Source: an uncultured delta proteobacterium
Lineage (GTDB): Bacteria > Myxococcota_A > Polyangia > Fen-1088
Assembly (NCBI GenBank): GCA_963737265.1
Contig: CAVTRY010000022.1
Coordinates: 128,001-192,000, forward strand
Length of the DNA stretch: 64,000 bases
Direction: 5' to 3'
Below are positions 62,168 through 64,000 of this stretch, one piece after another; the stretch's first letter is position 1, and each line of letters opens with the position of its first letter. The notes beneath the pieces were generated by a model that saw nothing but the letters and a program-made list of their open reading frames with translations, ran no database searches and was not told the DNA's origin. The position numbers and the translations under genes are program-made.

Positions 62168-62992
62168 TTGTTCGTGAAAAAGGCTAGCGCCGGCTTGACC
62201 TTCCAACTGTCCCGCGAGGGCATCGAGACGCGTATCGGCGAGATGGAGAAAAAGATCGAGCGCCTGCGTTCCATGTACGAGTCGTTTTTCATGGGCGTCG
62301 AACGCATCCCGCCCAATACCGCCCGGCGCGAGATGAACCGACTGATGCTGGAAATGCAGCAGGTTCCCATCGGCAATGCATCGCTGCGCTTCCGCTTTCA
62401 GTCGCTGTCGCAGAAGTGGGTCCTGCACATGACCTACTGGAACCGCACCATGCGCGAGATCGAGGCCGGCACCTTCCGTCGCGACCTGGCCAGGACGCAG
62501 CGCCACCTGGCCGAACGCGGTGGCGCGATCACCGAAGAAGAAGCCCTGGCGCTCGGCATACCCAAAAACCGGGTCAAGGCCTTCGTGGCACGACACCAGC
62601 GTCTGTCGCAAAAAACTGGGACGGCCCTTCCGGCGCCGCCAAGTCCAGCCCCCGCGTCCCCGGCGCCTGCAAAGACGACCGGCGGTCGCGCGCAGCCGCC
62701 GCCCATCCCCGCCTCAGCTCGTCGCTTGCCAAGTCCAGACGCCGTAGCCGTCACGTCTCTCCCTGGCCTCACCGACATCGACTTCGAAAGCGCCTACCGC
62801 CGTTACCTCGAAGCGCACAAGAAACTTGGAACAGAAGCCGAGGCCCTGCCGAGGGAGAAGATCCGTGCGCGCTTGGGCAAACAGCTGCCCAAGATTCTCG
62901 AAGACAAGAAATGCGACCGCGTGTGGCTGGATGTCGCGGTCGAAGGCGACAAGGTTCGCCTGCGCGCGTGGCCCGCCGATAGCAAGGACTAA
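62168..62992 (+). CDS. MXAN_5187-like C-terminal domain protein
   Basis: LR.MYE.FFMG.ER.PP, LRFRF..L, W.R.MREIE.GT, C..V..DVAVEGDKV.LRA. Start uncertain. Confidence 0.75.
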   Translation: MFVKKASAGLTFQLSREGIETRIGEMEKKIERLRSMYESFFMGVERIPPNTARREMNRLMLEMQQVPIGNASLRFRFQSLSQKWVLHMTYWNRTMREIEAGTFRRDLARTQRHLAERGGAITEEEALALGIPKNRVKAFVARHQRLSQKTGTALPAPPSPAPASPAPAKTTGGRAQPPPIPASARRLPSPDAVAVTSLPGLTDIDFESAYRRYLEAHKKLGTEAEALPREKIRARLGKQLPKILEDKKCDRVWLDVAVEGDKVRLRAWPADSKD

Positions 62993-63093
62993 CACCAAAG
63001 AGGCACCGAGGGAGCGGAAAAGGCCTGGAAGTTTCCGGACCTCAGCTCCGACTTCCGTCCTTCCCGCCTCCTTGCTGCTAGACTATACCCGCC

Positions 63094-64000
63094 GTGGCCT
63101 TCGTGGCTGACCTGCACGTCCATTCCTATCTCTCGCGCGCGACCAGCCGCGCGCTCGACCTGGAACACCTGCACGCCTGGGCGCAGCGCAAGGGCCTTGG
63201 GGTCGTCGCCACCGGCGACTTCGCCCATCCGCGCTGGTTCGCCGAGCTGCGCGACAAGCTGGTGCCGGCCGGCGGCGGGCTTTTCCGCCTGCGCGACGAC
63301 CTCGCCGCCGCCGTCGACGAAGGCGTGCCAGCCGCGTGTCGCCGTGCCGTTCGCTTCCTGCTGTCGGTGGAGATCAGCAGCATCTACAAGCGCGCCAATC
63401 GCGTGCGCAAGGTGCACAACCTGGTCTACGCGCCCGACTTCGAGGCCGCTGCGCGCATCGCCGCGCGCCTGGCCCGTATCGGCAATATCGAATCCGACGG
63501 CCGCCCCATCTTGGGGCTCGATTCGCGCGACTTGCTCGAAATCACGCTCGAGTCGTCGCCCGACGCCTTCCTGGTTCCGGCGCATGTGTGGACACCGTGG
63601 TTTTCCGCTCTGGGCGAGAAGTCGGGCTTCGACTCGCTCGACGAATGTTTCGGCGATCTGACCCAGCACATCTTCGCCGCCGAAACCGGGCTGTCGTCCG
63701 ACCCGGCCATGAACTGGCGACTGTCGTCGCTCGACCGCGTGACCCTGGTGTCGAGCTCGGACGCGCACTCGCCGGAAAAGCTCGGCCGAGAGGCCAGCCG
63801 CTTCGCGTGCGAGCTGTCCTACTTCGCCATGCGCGACGCGCTTCGCAATCGAAGCGCCGGCTTTCTTGGCACAGTGGAATTTTTTCCCGAGGAAGGTAAG
63901 TACCACCACGAAGGCCACCGCCATTGCTGCGTGAACCTGGCGCCCGCCGAAGCCGCGGCCCTGGGTCATCTGTGTCCGCGCTGTGGCAAACCGCTCACCG
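63094..64000 (+). CDS. Endonuclease Q / PHP-family protein (often UvrD-fused); truncated by the window end
   Basis: Manual translation VAFVADLHVHSYLSRATS..KGL..VATGDFAHP, PAHVWTPWFS, ETGLSSDP, SDAHS, GKYH, CPRCGKPLT. Not in the ORF track. Confidence 0.88.
   Translation, partial: MAFVADLHVHSYLSRATSRALDLEHLHAWAQRKGLGVVATGDFAHPRWFAELRDKLVPAGGGLFRLRDDLAAAVDEGVPAACRRAVRFLLSVEISSIYKRANRVRKVHNLVYAPDFEAAARIAARLARIGNIESDGRPILGLDSRDLLEITLESSPDAFLVPAHVWTPWFSALGEKSGFDSLDECFGDLTQHIFAAETGLSSDPAMNWRLSSLDRVTLVSSSDAHSPEKLGREASRFACELSYFAMRDALRNRSAGFLGTVEFFPEEGKYHHEGHRHCCVNLAPAEAAALGHLCPRCGKPLT

Overview
GC-rich bacterial chromosome segment. It is most likely Myxococcota (Polyangia-like), judged from four Hanks-type kinase or pseudokinase genes, FHA-DUF4388, TIGR02266-type PilZ, MXAN_5187-like and MJ0042 zinc-ribbon proteins. 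Most genes are housekeeping or envelope related: thiD, pta-ackA-ndk, malQ, an ABC exporter, crtE-crtB, rmlBACD, trpBA, leuB, nadE, tsaB, two rseP paralogues, an Omp85 protein, a helicase and EndoQ. Two loci stand out. (1) A putative RiPP-like operon at 24514-26740: a sigma54-type promoter, a small lipoprotein whose five tyrosines all sit in a repeated Y-M-A motif, and a splicease (PlpX)-like radical SAM/SPASM enzyme fused to TPRs. Characterised spliceases act on Y-G, so YMA would be a new substrate motif. (2) A 579-bp transposase-less element at 14591-15169, with 22-bp terminal inverted repeats, a perfect 9-bp target duplication and a nested inner inverted repeat, carrying only a GxxExxY gene. 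Three single-base frameshifts (two kinases, a MutS-like gene) look like sequencing indels. I recognised no tRNA, rRNA or CRISPR array. All family calls come from motif recognition by eye; no searches were run.
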